From an uncultured Verrucomicrobiae bacterium (GTDB lineage: Bacteria > Verrucomicrobiota > Verrucomicrobiia > Chthoniobacterales > JAFAMB01): a stretch of 64,000 bases of DNA. The stretch is from positions 64,001-128,000 of the forward strand of contig CAWIPH010000001.1 in NCBI GenBank assembly GCA_963837955.1, written 5' to 3'. The notes beneath the pieces were generated by a model that saw only the letters and a program-made list of their open reading frames with translations, was not told where the DNA came from and did no database searches. The position numbers and the translations under genes were made by a program. How positions within the stretch are numbered: the stretch's first letter is position 1; the number at the start of each line of letters is the position of its first letter. Shown piece after piece: positions 46,941 to 56,283 of the stretch.

Positions 46941-47837
46941 ATGACGAATTATTTTGTCTATTTACCTGACCGGCGAGAGCAAGGCCCGTGGGAGTGCAGC
47001 GCAACCTCGGTCGGCTATCAACGCGTGCTGCCGGGAAGTCCGTATCCACCGCGGCGTCATCCGGTAGATCATCACTTTACTTGGGAGGATGGCCGCGTGC
47101 TTCACGCCTACCAGATAATCTATATTACCGAGGGAAAAGGTCATTTTGAATCGGGGCTCTCACATAGGAGACAACAAATTGACGCCGGCTGCATCGTGAT
47201 TCTGTTCCCTGGTGTCTGGCACCGATACTCGCCGGATCCCAAAACGGGATGGGTCGAAAATTGGATTGAATGTCGCGGGAAGTCTTTCGATCGGGCGAGA
47301 GCAGTAGGCTTACTTCGACCTGAACGACCGGTCTTGCGGGTAGGTCTCCTACCCGATTTACTCCAATCTTTTGAGCGTTGCCACGCCATGGGACAACGGC
47401 ACTCCCCGCAGACGATGCTTTCGACGATGGGCCTGCACATTCTTTCCGTAGTTCAGAGTGCGCCCGGATTGCGCAGAAATTTCCGTCGACACATCGACGA
47501 AAGAATTCAACAGGCGCAACTCCTCATCGCGCGTCGCTACCACGAACGGATAACCGTGGAGCAGTTGGCTCGCGAATTGCACATCGGATATTCGTCGTTT
47601 CGACAGGCCTTTAAGGCTCAAACTGGTCTGAGCCCGAAACAGTATCAGCTGCAAATTCGTCTTCAGAAGGCTCAAGACTTTCTGGCAAATACATCTAAGT
47701 CGATCGGAGAAATCGCCGAGATCCTGGGATTCGATACTGCCTACCACCTGTCGAACCAATTCAAGAAGCACGTCGGTTTAGCACCTCAAATATGGAGGAA
47801 GAGATTAGTTCGGCGAGCAGGCACGCGGGGAGACTAG
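46941..47837 (+). CDS. AraC-family transcriptional regulator, divergent from the sugar operon
   Basis: N-terminal cupin domain and C-terminal double HTH (FKAQTGLSPKQY, IAEILGF). Confidence 0.93.
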   Translation: MTNYFVYLPDRREQGPWECSATSVGYQRVLPGSPYPPRRHPVDHHFTWEDGRVLHAYQIIYITEGKGHFESGLSHRRQQIDAGCIVILFPGVWHRYSPDPKTGWVENWIECRGKSFDRARAVGLLRPERPVLRVGLLPDLLQSFERCHAMGQRHSPQTMLSTMGLHILSVVQSAPGLRRNFRRHIDERIQQAQLLIARRYHERITVEQLARELHIGYSSFRQAFKAQTGLSPKQYQLQIRLQKAQDFLANTSKSIGEIAEILGFDTAYHLSNQFKKHVGLAPQIWRKRLVRRAGTRGD

Positions 47838-48697
47838 AAACGGAATGCGGCCAGAGCAAAAACAAAGATGGCGAACACGATACAATAGACGCCGAACAGC
47901 TTCCATCGTCCGGTCTCGAGCCAACGCGACAACAGCCGCAGCGCCAGCAGTCCAGCGACAAAGCTTGCGACCATCCCAATGACGCCAGGCAAGGCCAGCG
48001 GCACCAAGTTCGCCGCCTTGGTTACCTCTGGATGCGCTTTGAGTAAGCGCCAAAACTCACGCGCAATTGCCGGCGGCGTGATCACGACTGCTAAAGCAAA
48101 ACTAAACTCTTCCATGCGTCGTTTGCCCACACCTAGGAGCAACCCTGTTGAAATTGTCGCTCCAGAACGAGAGAACCCCCGGAAAGGAAGACACAATCCC
48201 TGGACCGCACCGATCCAGGAAGCCGAAGCAGTACTCACATCTTTACCCTCGAGGCGATTGGGCTCACGCAGGCCGGCTAAAATGATCAGCAAGCCGGCAG
48301 CAAGCAACGCTGCCGCGATCAGTGGAAGCTGAGAAAACAAACTCTCCATGTCCGTACTTTGGCTTCCTTTCAGGAAGATCTTTTCGATCACCTGTTGAAG
48401 GGCGAGCCCCACGATGGCCGTAAGAACCGTCGCCACGACTACGTTTTTCGCCATTTTCCAAAACGCCTCGAAACTAGAAAAATAACTCTGCCGCCACGCG
48501 TTCCAGAAATAGACGATAACCGCGAACATGGTCCCGGTGTGCAACATGACCAGAAGAAAAGTCATCTCCGGACTGGAGGCGTCCAGGCCCATCAATTTTT
48601 CTACGACGATGACATGAGCTGAACTGGACACCGGCAGAAGTTCAGCAGCTCCTTGAACAAGACCGAGTATTAGAATCTGGAGAAGGTTTGCGACCAT
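47834..48697 (-). CDS. uppP: Undecaprenyl-diphosphate phosphatase
   Basis: QGAAELLPVSSSAH and GFSRSGATI motifs. Confidence 0.95.
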   Translation of the reverse strand: MVANLLQILILGLVQGAAELLPVSSSAHVIVVEKLMGLDASSPEMTFLLVMLHTGTMFAVIVYFWNAWRQSYFSSFEAFWKMAKNVVVATVLTAIVGLALQQVIEKIFLKGSQSTDMESLFSQLPLIAAALLAAGLLIILAGLREPNRLEGKDVSTASASWIGAVQGLCLPFRGFSRSGATISTGLLLGVGKRRMEEFSFALAVVITPPAIAREFWRLLKAHPEVTKAANLVPLALPGVIGMVASFVAGLLALRLLSRWLETGRWKLFGVYCIVFAIFVFALAAFRF

Positions 48698-48819
48698 AGC
48701 TAAGCGTTGGATAAACGCTCAGTCTTCGTTGTTCTCGGCGAAGGATGCAACGAGGTTTTCGCAATCCGTGGGAAGAAATCTGGAGCAGTGGAGCTCCTCC
48801 GCTATTGGACTGCACGAAC

Positions 48820-48970
48820 GGTCCCCTGCCGATTTTACCGGGGCCACGGCGTCGGTCTCGACCGCGCCCTTTAGCCGGGATCACCTGGGGTTGCGGGTCC
48901 CGCGGTTGGCGGTCCCTGCACCCCAAGTTAAACTCCGGTTGCACCGTTTAGGTGCGTGCGATCAGGGGCC
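48820..48970. ncRNA. Candidate structured RNA (closing stem plus three hairpins), family unknown
   Basis: Hand-paired stems; see findings. G-U pairs slightly favour the + strand. Confidence 0.3.
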
Positions 48971-49020
48971 ACACGACTGTCGAAAAGACGCTATCTTGGA
49001 CAACAGGGTTGACCAAACTT

Positions 49021-49386
49021 TCAGGCGCTAAGCTGGTAGATGATCGGAAGAACGTACACGCCACTAACGGTCGGTTTAAACTGCCAATTGCGGCGCACCC
49101 AACGAGACGAAATTCCGGCTAAAAGCGGCGAGCTTGAGGTAGCGGTGACCTGAAGCATTCTGCCGCGTTCGACATGGATATACACTTGGACATCTCCCTG
49201 GATGCGCATCCGCTGGCAATCTGCAGGGTACTCTGGCGCCGGATAGGAGACTGCGACCACATCGTGCGGCATTCCAACAACAACCATAGCGTTCTGCTCT
49301 CCGGCCTGCGCCTTAGGCGATGTTGAGCAGAGCGTAGCGATCGTGACGACCGCAAGGAGACTCTTAAAAATAGGAGGCTTTGACAT
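49021..49386 (-). CDS. TonB C-terminal-domain-like secreted protein
   Basis: Signal peptide; PAPEYP..CQRMRIQGDVQV...WQFKP pattern. Confidence 0.75.
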   Translation of the reverse strand: MSKPPIFKSLLAVVTIATLCSTSPKAQAGEQNAMVVVGMPHDVVAVSYPAPEYPADCQRMRIQGDVQVYIHVERGRMLQVTATSSSPLLAGISSRWVRRNWQFKPTVSGVYVLPIIYQLSA

Positions 49387-49547
49387 ATTGATTCGGGGGG
49401 GAGGTCTGAGGCGGACGAGCGTCCGCTTTCATATGATTCAAACGGAGGGGTTAGATACTACCCGACAAATTAACCCGGACTCTTCCGTCTCTCACGTGAA
49501 AAATTCGGCCTCGAAAATCGTCGGCCTCAGTGGCCGCCGTCGCTGCC

Positions 49548-50531
49548 TCAGCGCCTTCTTCGACGCAAACCATCGAAATAGACAATCACGATGATGAGGA
49601 CGCCGGTGATGACCCGCTGCCAGAATGAATTCACATTGAGCAGGTTGGCACCGTTGTTGATCGTGGTCAGGATGAAGGAGCCAAGCAGCGGTCCCTGCAC
49701 CGAGCCGATGGCGCCGAACAGGCTGGTGCCACCGATCACCGAAGAGGCGATCGCCTGCAATTCCCAGCCTTCCGCCTGAGTCGCGTTGCCGATGCCGATA
49801 CGCGCTGCCAGCAGAATACCAACGAAGGCCGCGCAAAGTGCCGACAGAATATAAGCGATGTAGATCATCCGAACCGTATTGACGCCAGAAAGTCGAGCCG
49901 CCTCCGTATTGGAGCCAATCGCGAAGAGGTAGCGACCAAACCGGCTGTGATGCAAAAATATGTACCCGGGAACCGCAACCACTACTACCATCCAGAAAAG
50001 ATTCGGTACGCCGAGAAAGTCGCCGCGGGAGAAGGCGGTGAAGTCGGTGTTGGTAATGGAGATCGTGGAACCATTGGTGATGAGCAGACCAATGCCGCGT
50101 AGCGCCGTTAATGTTGCCAGCGTCATAATAAAGGGCGGTAGCCCAAGCTTAGTAATCCCGAACCCGTGGAAAACACCAATGACCAGGCCGAATGCAAGCG
50201 TGATGATGAACGCTCCCCAGATCGGGTAACCGTGCGTTAACAACCAGGCGATAATCACGCTGGTGAACCCGACGACCGCCCCAACCGACAAGTCGATGCC
50301 CCCAGTAATGATGACGAAGGTTTCGCCGATCGCCAGGATCGCGGTCATGGCGCCCTGACGCAGCAGGTTGGTAATGTTGCCGTAGGTCCAAAAGCTGGAC
50401 GTGCTGAACGCCAGTAACACCCATAGGAGCGCGAGAAGGACCAGAAGGGTCAAACTGAGCAGCGCGCCAACACGGGCGCGGTGTTTTGTCGCGGCTAACT
50501 GCCGCGCCGCATCTGTGACTTCAACGCTCAT
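49548..50531 (-). CDS. Sugar ABC transporter permease (RbsC-like)
   Basis: GGIDLSVG, PPFIMTL and ELQAIASSVIGGTSL motifs. Confidence 0.93.
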   Translation of the reverse strand: MSVEVTDAARQLAATKHRARVGALLSLTLLVLLALLWVLLAFSTSSFWTYGNITNLLRQGAMTAILAIGETFVIITGGIDLSVGAVVGFTSVIIAWLLTHGYPIWGAFIITLAFGLVIGVFHGFGITKLGLPPFIMTLATLTALRGIGLLITNGSTISITNTDFTAFSRGDFLGVPNLFWMVVVVAVPGYIFLHHSRFGRYLFAIGSNTEAARLSGVNTVRMIYIAYILSALCAAFVGILLAARIGIGNATQAEGWELQAIASSVIGGTSLFGAIGSVQGPLLGSFILTTINNGANLLNVNSFWQRVITGVLIIVIVYFDGLRRRRR

Positions 50532-50587
50532 CTTGAATCTCCTTCAAAACGCTGTTCATGATGTACTTAGTTTGCTGTTGCTGGCGT

Positions 50588-52153
50588 TCATCTGCCGATT
50601 GCTTCCGTCAAAATCGTCTCGTGCAACGCTTTCTCACTCACGTGCGCGCTGTCATGGGTGGCAACGAGTCGCCCGCGGCGAAATACATGCAGCGAATCCG
50701 AGAGATCGTACACCTCCGGCAGATAAGAGGAGATCAGGATAATCCCCGCTCCGGCCTTCAGCAGTTTGGCGAAAAGCTTGTAGATTTCGGTCTTGGTGCC
50801 AACGTCGACACCCGTCGTTGGTTCATCGAAAATAAAGAGCTCAGCCCCATGGTTTAGCCATTTGCCCACGACGATCTTCTGCTGATTGCCTCCGGAAAGG
50901 CTAGAAGCGAGAGCATCGCGCGATGCAGTCTTAATCTGCACCTCGCGGATCTGCCGGTCGGCCGCCGCGGACTCGGCAAAAGGGTTGATGACGCTGGCGG
51001 TGGTCAAGCGCTTGTAGATTGGCAGATTGATGTTGAGTCCGACCCCGAGATTAAGGCAGAGGCCCTGATCGCGTCGGCTTTCTGGCACCAGTGCGATGCC
51101 CCGCGAGATCGCATCCTTTTCCTTGCGAATTTGAACTGGCTGGCCCTTCCAGAAAATCTGGCCCGCGGTCTTGGGAAAGCGGCCGAATAGGCTTTGCACG
51201 AACTCGCTTCGTCCCGCGCCGATCAGTCCGTAAAGTCCAATCACCTCGCCCGCCCGAACCCGTATGGAAATTTCCTGGAAACCCTTGCCGCTGAGGTTTT
51301 CTGTGCGAAGGATTTCGGCCCCAAAGGGAATTGTCTCTTTGTAATGAACCTGGTCGATCGATCGATTGATCATGCCGGTGATCAGCGCTTGCTCGTTGGT
51401 TTCGGCAACGCGTTGGGTCGACACCAACTGGCCGTCGCGCAGGATTGAGACGCGATCCGCAAGCTGGAATACTTCTTCCAGGCGATGCGAAATATAGACG
51501 ATGGTAACGCCCTTGGCTTTGAGTCGACGGATCAACGCGAAAAGCTGTGCCGCCTCCTGACGGGTTAGGTAAGCGGTCGGCTCGTCGAAGATGAGGAAAC
51601 GGGTACCGCGCGTCGAGGCACGGGCGGTCGCGACCAACTGTTGCTGGCCGATCGTGAGCGACGACAGCAGCGCTCCGGCCGGCAGATTAAAGCCGATATC
51701 GTTGAGAATTTTCTGGGCCTCTCGCACCATCGTGCCGTGCTGGAGCAGCCCATAACGCACTTTTTCGTCGCCGAGAAACAAATTGGCGGCGACAGAGAGG
51801 TGCGGGCAAAGCACCACTTCCTGGTGCACCGCATTGATGCCGTGCTCGATCGCCTCATGCGGCGTAGCGAGCGCAACCGACCGGCCTTCCCAATAAACCT
51901 CTCCGCCAGATCGCAGGTAGACGCCGGTAAGCAGCTTGATCAGGGTCGATTTTCCGGCGCCGTTTTCACCGACAATCGCGTGAATTTCTCCCGCGTCGAA
52001 GATGAGATCGACTGCTTTTAGCGCATGCGTAGCGCCAAACCGCTTGTCGAGCCCTTTGAGGGCAAGAAGAGGCGCGGTCTTCTCCGCCGCGCCTTTCGTG
52101 TTGTCACCGTCACCCTGGAACGTGTCCTGGTTCGTTGACGGCTGATTGGCCAT
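50588..52153 (-). CDS. Sugar ABC transporter ATP-binding protein
   Basis: GENGAGKST, LSGGNQQK and DEPT motifs. Confidence 0.95.
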   Translation of the reverse strand: MANQPSTNQDTFQGDGDNTKGAAEKTAPLLALKGLDKRFGATHALKAVDLIFDAGEIHAIVGENGAGKSTLIKLLTGVYLRSGGEVYWEGRSVALATPHEAIEHGINAVHQEVVLCPHLSVAANLFLGDEKVRYGLLQHGTMVREAQKILNDIGFNLPAGALLSSLTIGQQQLVATARASTRGTRFLIFDEPTAYLTRQEAAQLFALIRRLKAKGVTIVYISHRLEEVFQLADRVSILRDGQLVSTQRVAETNEQALITGMINRSIDQVHYKETIPFGAEILRTENLSGKGFQEISIRVRAGEVIGLYGLIGAGRSEFVQSLFGRFPKTAGQIFWKGQPVQIRKEKDAISRGIALVPESRRDQGLCLNLGVGLNINLPIYKRLTTASVINPFAESAAADRQIREVQIKTASRDALASSLSGGNQQKIVVGKWLNHGAELFIFDEPTTGVDVGTKTEIYKLFAKLLKAGAGIILISSYLPEVYDLSDSLHVFRRGRLVATHDSAHVSEKALHETILTEAIGR

Positions 52154-52183
52154 GTTTCTACAGGGGGTTAGTGATCATCTAAC

Positions 52184-53170
52184 CTACTTCACCTTGGGGA
52201 ACAAGAGCTCATGTTGACGAGGTTGGTCCATGTTCTCTTTGGTGATGAGATTCGCCCCCGTATCTACATTCGCTGGGACCGTTTCTCCCTTCGACGCGGC
52301 AAGGGCGGTTTTGACACCATCATAACCCATCCGATACGGGTCCTGTACGACTAACGCGGCGATGGTGCCATCCTTTAGGAATCCGATAAGCTTGTCGTCT
52401 GAATCGAAGCCGATGAGCTTGATTTTGTCGGCAGCCTTATTCTCGGCGATCGCCTGACCAGCACCCTGGGCCATAATAAGGTTGGACGCGAAGACACCCC
52501 GCAGATTGGGATTGGCGGTGATCAGGTCAGTCATGATGTTCAATCCGGTTGTCGCCATACCGTCGGCAACTTTGTCGGCGACGAGCTTCAAGCCTGGATA
52601 TTTGGCTGCGATTTCCTCCTTAAACCCTTTAGCACGCTGGTCCAATGAACCGACGCCAGGAATCGAAGTGATCAGCGCGACATCGCCCTCCGCCTTCCCA
52701 TATTTCGCTTTGATGGCTTCGCCAAGCCCATCAGCCGCAACGCGCCCGCCTTGTACGTTATCGGTAGTCAGGAAGGAGGTAAATGCCTTCGAATCGGCAG
52801 CGGAGTCGATTCCAATGACTTTCACTTTTTTGGCAGCTTCATCGATCGGTTTGCCCAACGCGGCGAATTGAGTTGGCGCTATGACTATCGCTGCAGGGGT
52901 ACCGGAGACAGCGTTCTCGAGGATCGAGATCTGTCCGTTGATGTCGGATTCCGACTGAGCACCGAGCTCCGGCACGTTAACACTAAGGTCCTGTCCAGCC
53001 TTGCGCGCTCCAGCGAGCACGATCTGCCAGAAGGCGGACGTGGTATCTTTGACGATGATCGGAATGGTAGGTTTCTCCGCGGCCGGGACTGTCTGGACCG
53101 TACCGGCAACAAAGGCTGCTCCAAGCAAACCGAGAATGATGCGGTTCGGGAACGAACTAAAGAGTTTCAT
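52184..53170 (-). CDS. Sugar ABC transporter substrate-binding protein
   Basis: Signal peptide; FWQIVLAGA, TDNVQGG, IGFDS and VVQDPYRMGY motifs. Confidence 0.93.
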   Translation of the reverse strand: MKLFSSFPNRIILGLLGAAFVAGTVQTVPAAEKPTIPIIVKDTTSAFWQIVLAGARKAGQDLSVNVPELGAQSESDINGQISILENAVSGTPAAIVIAPTQFAALGKPIDEAAKKVKVIGIDSAADSKAFTSFLTTDNVQGGRVAADGLGEAIKAKYGKAEGDVALITSIPGVGSLDQRAKGFKEEIAAKYPGLKLVADKVADGMATTGLNIMTDLITANPNLRGVFASNLIMAQGAGQAIAENKAADKIKLIGFDSDDKLIGFLKDGTIAALVVQDPYRMGYDGVKTALAASKGETVPANVDTGANLITKENMDQPRQHELLFPKVK

Positions 53171-53454
53171 GGGGGGGTGATTTCGCTATTAACACGCCGC
53201 AAATGTTTGCTTCATCCGGCCAGGGCGGCGCTTACCTTACCGGATTTATTTATATATAAAATAACGGTTCCTGAGTCCGTAATGAATTCCGTCTTATGTT
53301 GCAAGCCTTCTTTGCGTCTCGGTAGCACCCGGCTTGCTGTTGGCTAGGGGAAGCATCCTTGGAGTCAAAAGACCCCTGCGTCGGCAAGCAAACTATCGTC
53401 TCATAAGCAGCATTCACAACTCGACGGGCTGCGTGGCCTGAACGACGCTTCCAT

Positions 53455-54000
53455 GTGTGCGATAAAAGCAGCTTACCGGCAAAGTCACGATCCCTCATCC
53501 GCGCCTTTGTCGATCAAGGAGAAGAGCTGGTCTATGTCATCGTAGCTGTTTTGCTCCTCATCGCATCGGCGGTGACCTGCGGCTACGCGGCGTTCAGCGC
53601 GGTGCAACAGTTTCGGAGCGGAAACGCTCTGGAAGGGATTTTTTCTCTGGTCAACGATCTATTGTTGGTTCTGATCATCATGGAGGTGCTCCGGACCGTG
53701 GCGCGGTTCATCCGCAAGCGAGAACTCAATGTCGACGTGGAGGACGTGGTTCCTTTTCTTGTTATCGGTGCTATCTCGGCGGCGCGACGGATTTTGGCTA
53801 TCGGAGCTAGTTTGTCATTGAATGAAGCCAAACACAGCGAGCAGGGCAGCAACGTCGACCTCACCGCGGGCTGGGATCGATTCAGCCAAGCAATGATCGA
53901 GCTAGGCGTTAACGCCGGGCTCATCCTGGTTATCGCAGTGGCTGTCTTGATTATCCACCGCTATACCCTCGGGAGACAGGGGATCGGTGAGAGCCGCTAG
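53455..54000 (+). CDS. PsiE-family membrane protein
   Basis: LLLVLIIMEVLRTV and PFLVIGAISAARRIL motifs; four TM helices. Confidence 0.85.
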   Translation: MCDKSSLPAKSRSLIRAFVDQGEELVYVIVAVLLLIASAVTCGYAAFSAVQQFRSGNALEGIFSLVNDLLLVLIIMEVLRTVARFIRKRELNVDVEDVVPFLVIGAISAARRILAIGASLSLNEAKHSEQGSNVDLTAGWDRFSQAMIELGVNAGLILVIAVAVLIIHRYTLGRQGIGESR

Positions 54001-54086
54001 CAGACGAAATTGATGCTCACCTCGGTCATCCGTACCGGCTTCGGCAATCGCCATGACGTTGCCCGATACTTTCGACCCAGAAAATC

Positions 54087-54533
54087 TTACAACAGGGCGG
54101 AAAAGCGAAGAAGCCGATCTAACGCCAGTTCATAATCGCGACGCCAGCGCACATAGCGGATCGTATCTGCCGCGATCGCCAAAACCCAGATTCCAATCCA
54201 GAGACCGGCAAAGAAAAAACCGAACACCGGGATAAGCAGCGCGATCGTGGTACACGCGACCATGATCACATAACTAAGAGCCCCGGAGCCTAAGATCAAT
54301 CTCGGGCGCCGGCTCCAAAGCCAAGCCGCACGTTTCAATTCAGGCTTCGCTGCCGACTCAGGCTTAAACTGGCGAAGCGTCAAGACTTCTGACGGTGTCG
54401 AATCAGGATAGCGCCAGCGAGACGGATATTGAAAATCACGCCACCAAACAACGAGCCGTGGATCAGCGCCTTGCATGAGGTCCCCTGCTTTCAGGAACCT
54501 TAGGAGTGTCGCATTTTGCTGGCTAGAACTCAA
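54087..54533 (-). CDS. Hypothetical membrane protein
   Basis: ORF with two TM helices filling the gap; start uncertain. Confidence 0.5.
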   Translation of the reverse strand: MSSSQQNATLLRFLKAGDLMQGADPRLVVWWRDFQYPSRWRYPDSTPSEVLTLRQFKPESAAKPELKRAAWLWSRRPRLILGSGALSYVIMVACTTIALLIPVFGFFFAGLWIGIWVLAIAADTIRYVRWRRDYELALDRLLRFSALL

Positions 54534-54537
54534 GCAA

Positions 54538-54570
54538 CAGAAATGCGTGGCCCGCGATCGCGAGCCACGC
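54538..54570 (-). terminator. Likely terminator hairpin downstream of the porin gene
   Basis: GCGTGGCTCGCGATCGCGGGCCACGC on the - strand followed by ATTTCTG. Confidence 0.5.
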
Positions 54571-54626
54571 TCAAATCCTGTTACTAATGGCGAAACAAGC
54601 GCGCTTCGCCTCAGTCTGAGAAACTT

Positions 54627-55895
54627 TTAGAATTGCAAGACCACGTCGACTCCGATTGTCCACTGATCGCGATCGGTGAGTTGGTCGAATGGGTGGGTAT
54701 GATCCGTTATTGCCCGATCGTAACGAACCTCGGGTCGGATCAAGAGGCCGGCGATCGGCTTCGGCATCGGTGGTTTGATGGTGATACCTCCAGTGACTTC
54801 GAGGTAAGTGGTGGGTCCCCCACCGAGATTACTCGGATCAGGAGCGATAGGATCGCCCCGTAGGGTGTGCATGAAGTCATTGTTGGCGCGGAACTGGGCG
54901 ACGAAGAATCCTTTTTCGTCGCGCCAAATCTCTCCGCGGACTCCCAGTTGTAACCAATCATTGACCGCATAGGTGAAATATTGCGCCACCCCACCACCCC
55001 AGGCCGGAAGCAATTCATCATAAATGAGGTTCATGTCGGTAATCGACGTAAGACACTTATTAATCTTCCAGGTCGTGGTGATGTCATTCTCAAATCGGTA
55101 ATCGTGATTATCGTGAGGGTTTTCAGGCCCAATGTGCGTGAGAGCCAACACGGTTAAGTTCCCATCCATCAGGTTCAGACCAAACCCAGCCTCTAGAGCG
55201 ATCGATGTGTTGTTATCGCCGACCATGTTTGTACCTCGATCGAGCCCGAAATAGAGATCGATCAGCGGAGTCGCGTGCCAAATCGCCAGACCACCAAGGT
55301 GGGATAGTGGGATCCCGAAATTGAAAATGTAACTTTTCGAGTAGAAAACGTTGGTTCGAGGGTCGGTGGTTTCCGCCGATGAGAGGTCCTGGTACTTGCC
55401 CAGTTTCACATCGAGGCCACCGGCGCTGAGAATCGGCAAATGGAAACTAGCGCTCACTTCAGGAAAATCCGCCTGGATTCTGTCGTTAGTCGACAGGTCC
55501 AAAGGTCCTTCCGCCTTGGTATAGCGAGCATCACTTCCTTCCATGGCCCAAATCTTAAAACCCCAGTCAAAGCCGGTTGCTTTGGGGTCCAAGGCGCGCT
55601 CCGCAACGATGGAAACCTGATTCAACAACGGTTCATTCGCACGGTCGGTAAGCAGATGACCAAAGTTATGGTTATCGGTGGGCGAATCCGGATTCCCGGT
55701 GATACCCGCCTCGATCCAGCCGTAGAGCTTGAATCGGGGCTCCGGGGGCTTGGTTTCGACAACTTTCTTGGCTTCCTTGCCATCAGGGGTCGGCGATGCG
55801 GTTACATCAGCGCCAAAGGATGGCAGACAATAATTCAAAGCGCAGACCGTGAGCCCATAAACCGCCGTGGTCACGAGTCGATTTGCGACTCTCAT
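54627..55895 (-). CDS. Outer-membrane beta-barrel porin (BBP2/DUF1597-like)
   Basis: Signal peptide; NFGHLLTDRANEPLLNQ, FYSKSYIFNFG and IRPEVRYD motifs; C-terminal Phe. Confidence 0.88.
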   Translation of the reverse strand: MRVANRLVTTAVYGLTVCALNYCLPSFGADVTASPTPDGKEAKKVVETKPPEPRFKLYGWIEAGITGNPDSPTDNHNFGHLLTDRANEPLLNQVSIVAERALDPKATGFDWGFKIWAMEGSDARYTKAEGPLDLSTNDRIQADFPEVSASFHLPILSAGGLDVKLGKYQDLSSAETTDPRTNVFYSKSYIFNFGIPLSHLGGLAIWHATPLIDLYFGLDRGTNMVGDNNTSIALEAGFGLNLMDGNLTVLALTHIGPENPHDNHDYRFENDITTTWKINKCLTSITDMNLIYDELLPAWGGGVAQYFTYAVNDWLQLGVRGEIWRDEKGFFVAQFRANNDFMHTLRGDPIAPDPSNLGGGPTTYLEVTGGITIKPPMPKPIAGLLIRPEVRYDRAITDHTHPFDQLTDRDQWTIGVDVVLQF

Positions 55896-55994
55896 TGAGA
55901 TAATTTCCTTCTAAATGTTGCGCCGGCTAGACGGGGTCTAAACCGGTTTTGGTTAAGTAGGGCACAACCAGTCAGCGCGCCCCGGGGGAAAAAC

Positions 55995-56010
55995 AGCAGG
56001 ATACTTGCCA
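55995..56010 (-). promoter_or_regulatory. Sigma-54 (-24/-12) promoter candidate for the porin gene
   Basis: TGGCAAGTATCCTGCT (GG-N10-GC), 100 bp upstream of the start codon. Confidence 0.6.
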
Positions 56011-56214
56011 TTCAGTTCTAAAATGCAGAGTAAAGTGAACTAACCGATCTACGTGACCAACTGCCGGCGCTCTTCCTCGAGGTGATTCTGATTGCCGAAC
56101 ACTCGGGCTCGCATCTTCAAATGAACCTGGCTTCGAATTGGTCGAAGGGCGTTTCACTTCCATTGCGCGAGGCTACCTGATCTAGGCGATCGCAGTCTGC
56201 GAGGTTCGGGCACC

Positions 56215-56237
56215 GCCACGCCTAAACTAGGCGTGGC
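56215..56237. terminator. Hairpin downstream of the APC permease
   Basis: GCCACGCCTA-AAC-TAGGCGTGGC perfect stem with no clear U-tract. Confidence 0.45.
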
Positions 56238-56283
56238 AGCACATTTCCTCAAAGGCATTGAATGCCGCTGCTGCATCAAAAGG

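Noticed and set aside
48820..48970. Assignment of the structured region as a TPP riboswitch, twister ribozyme, SRP RNA or retron ncRNA
   Set aside because: It lacks CUGAGA (TPP), GGUCCCAAGCCC-type (twister) and the GGAA/GCAGC SRP core, and no reverse transcriptase is nearby. It is kept only as an unassigned candidate.
55972..56163. 63-aa ORF between the APC permease and the porin
   Set aside because: There is no recognisable motif and it runs through the sigma-54 promoter candidate.
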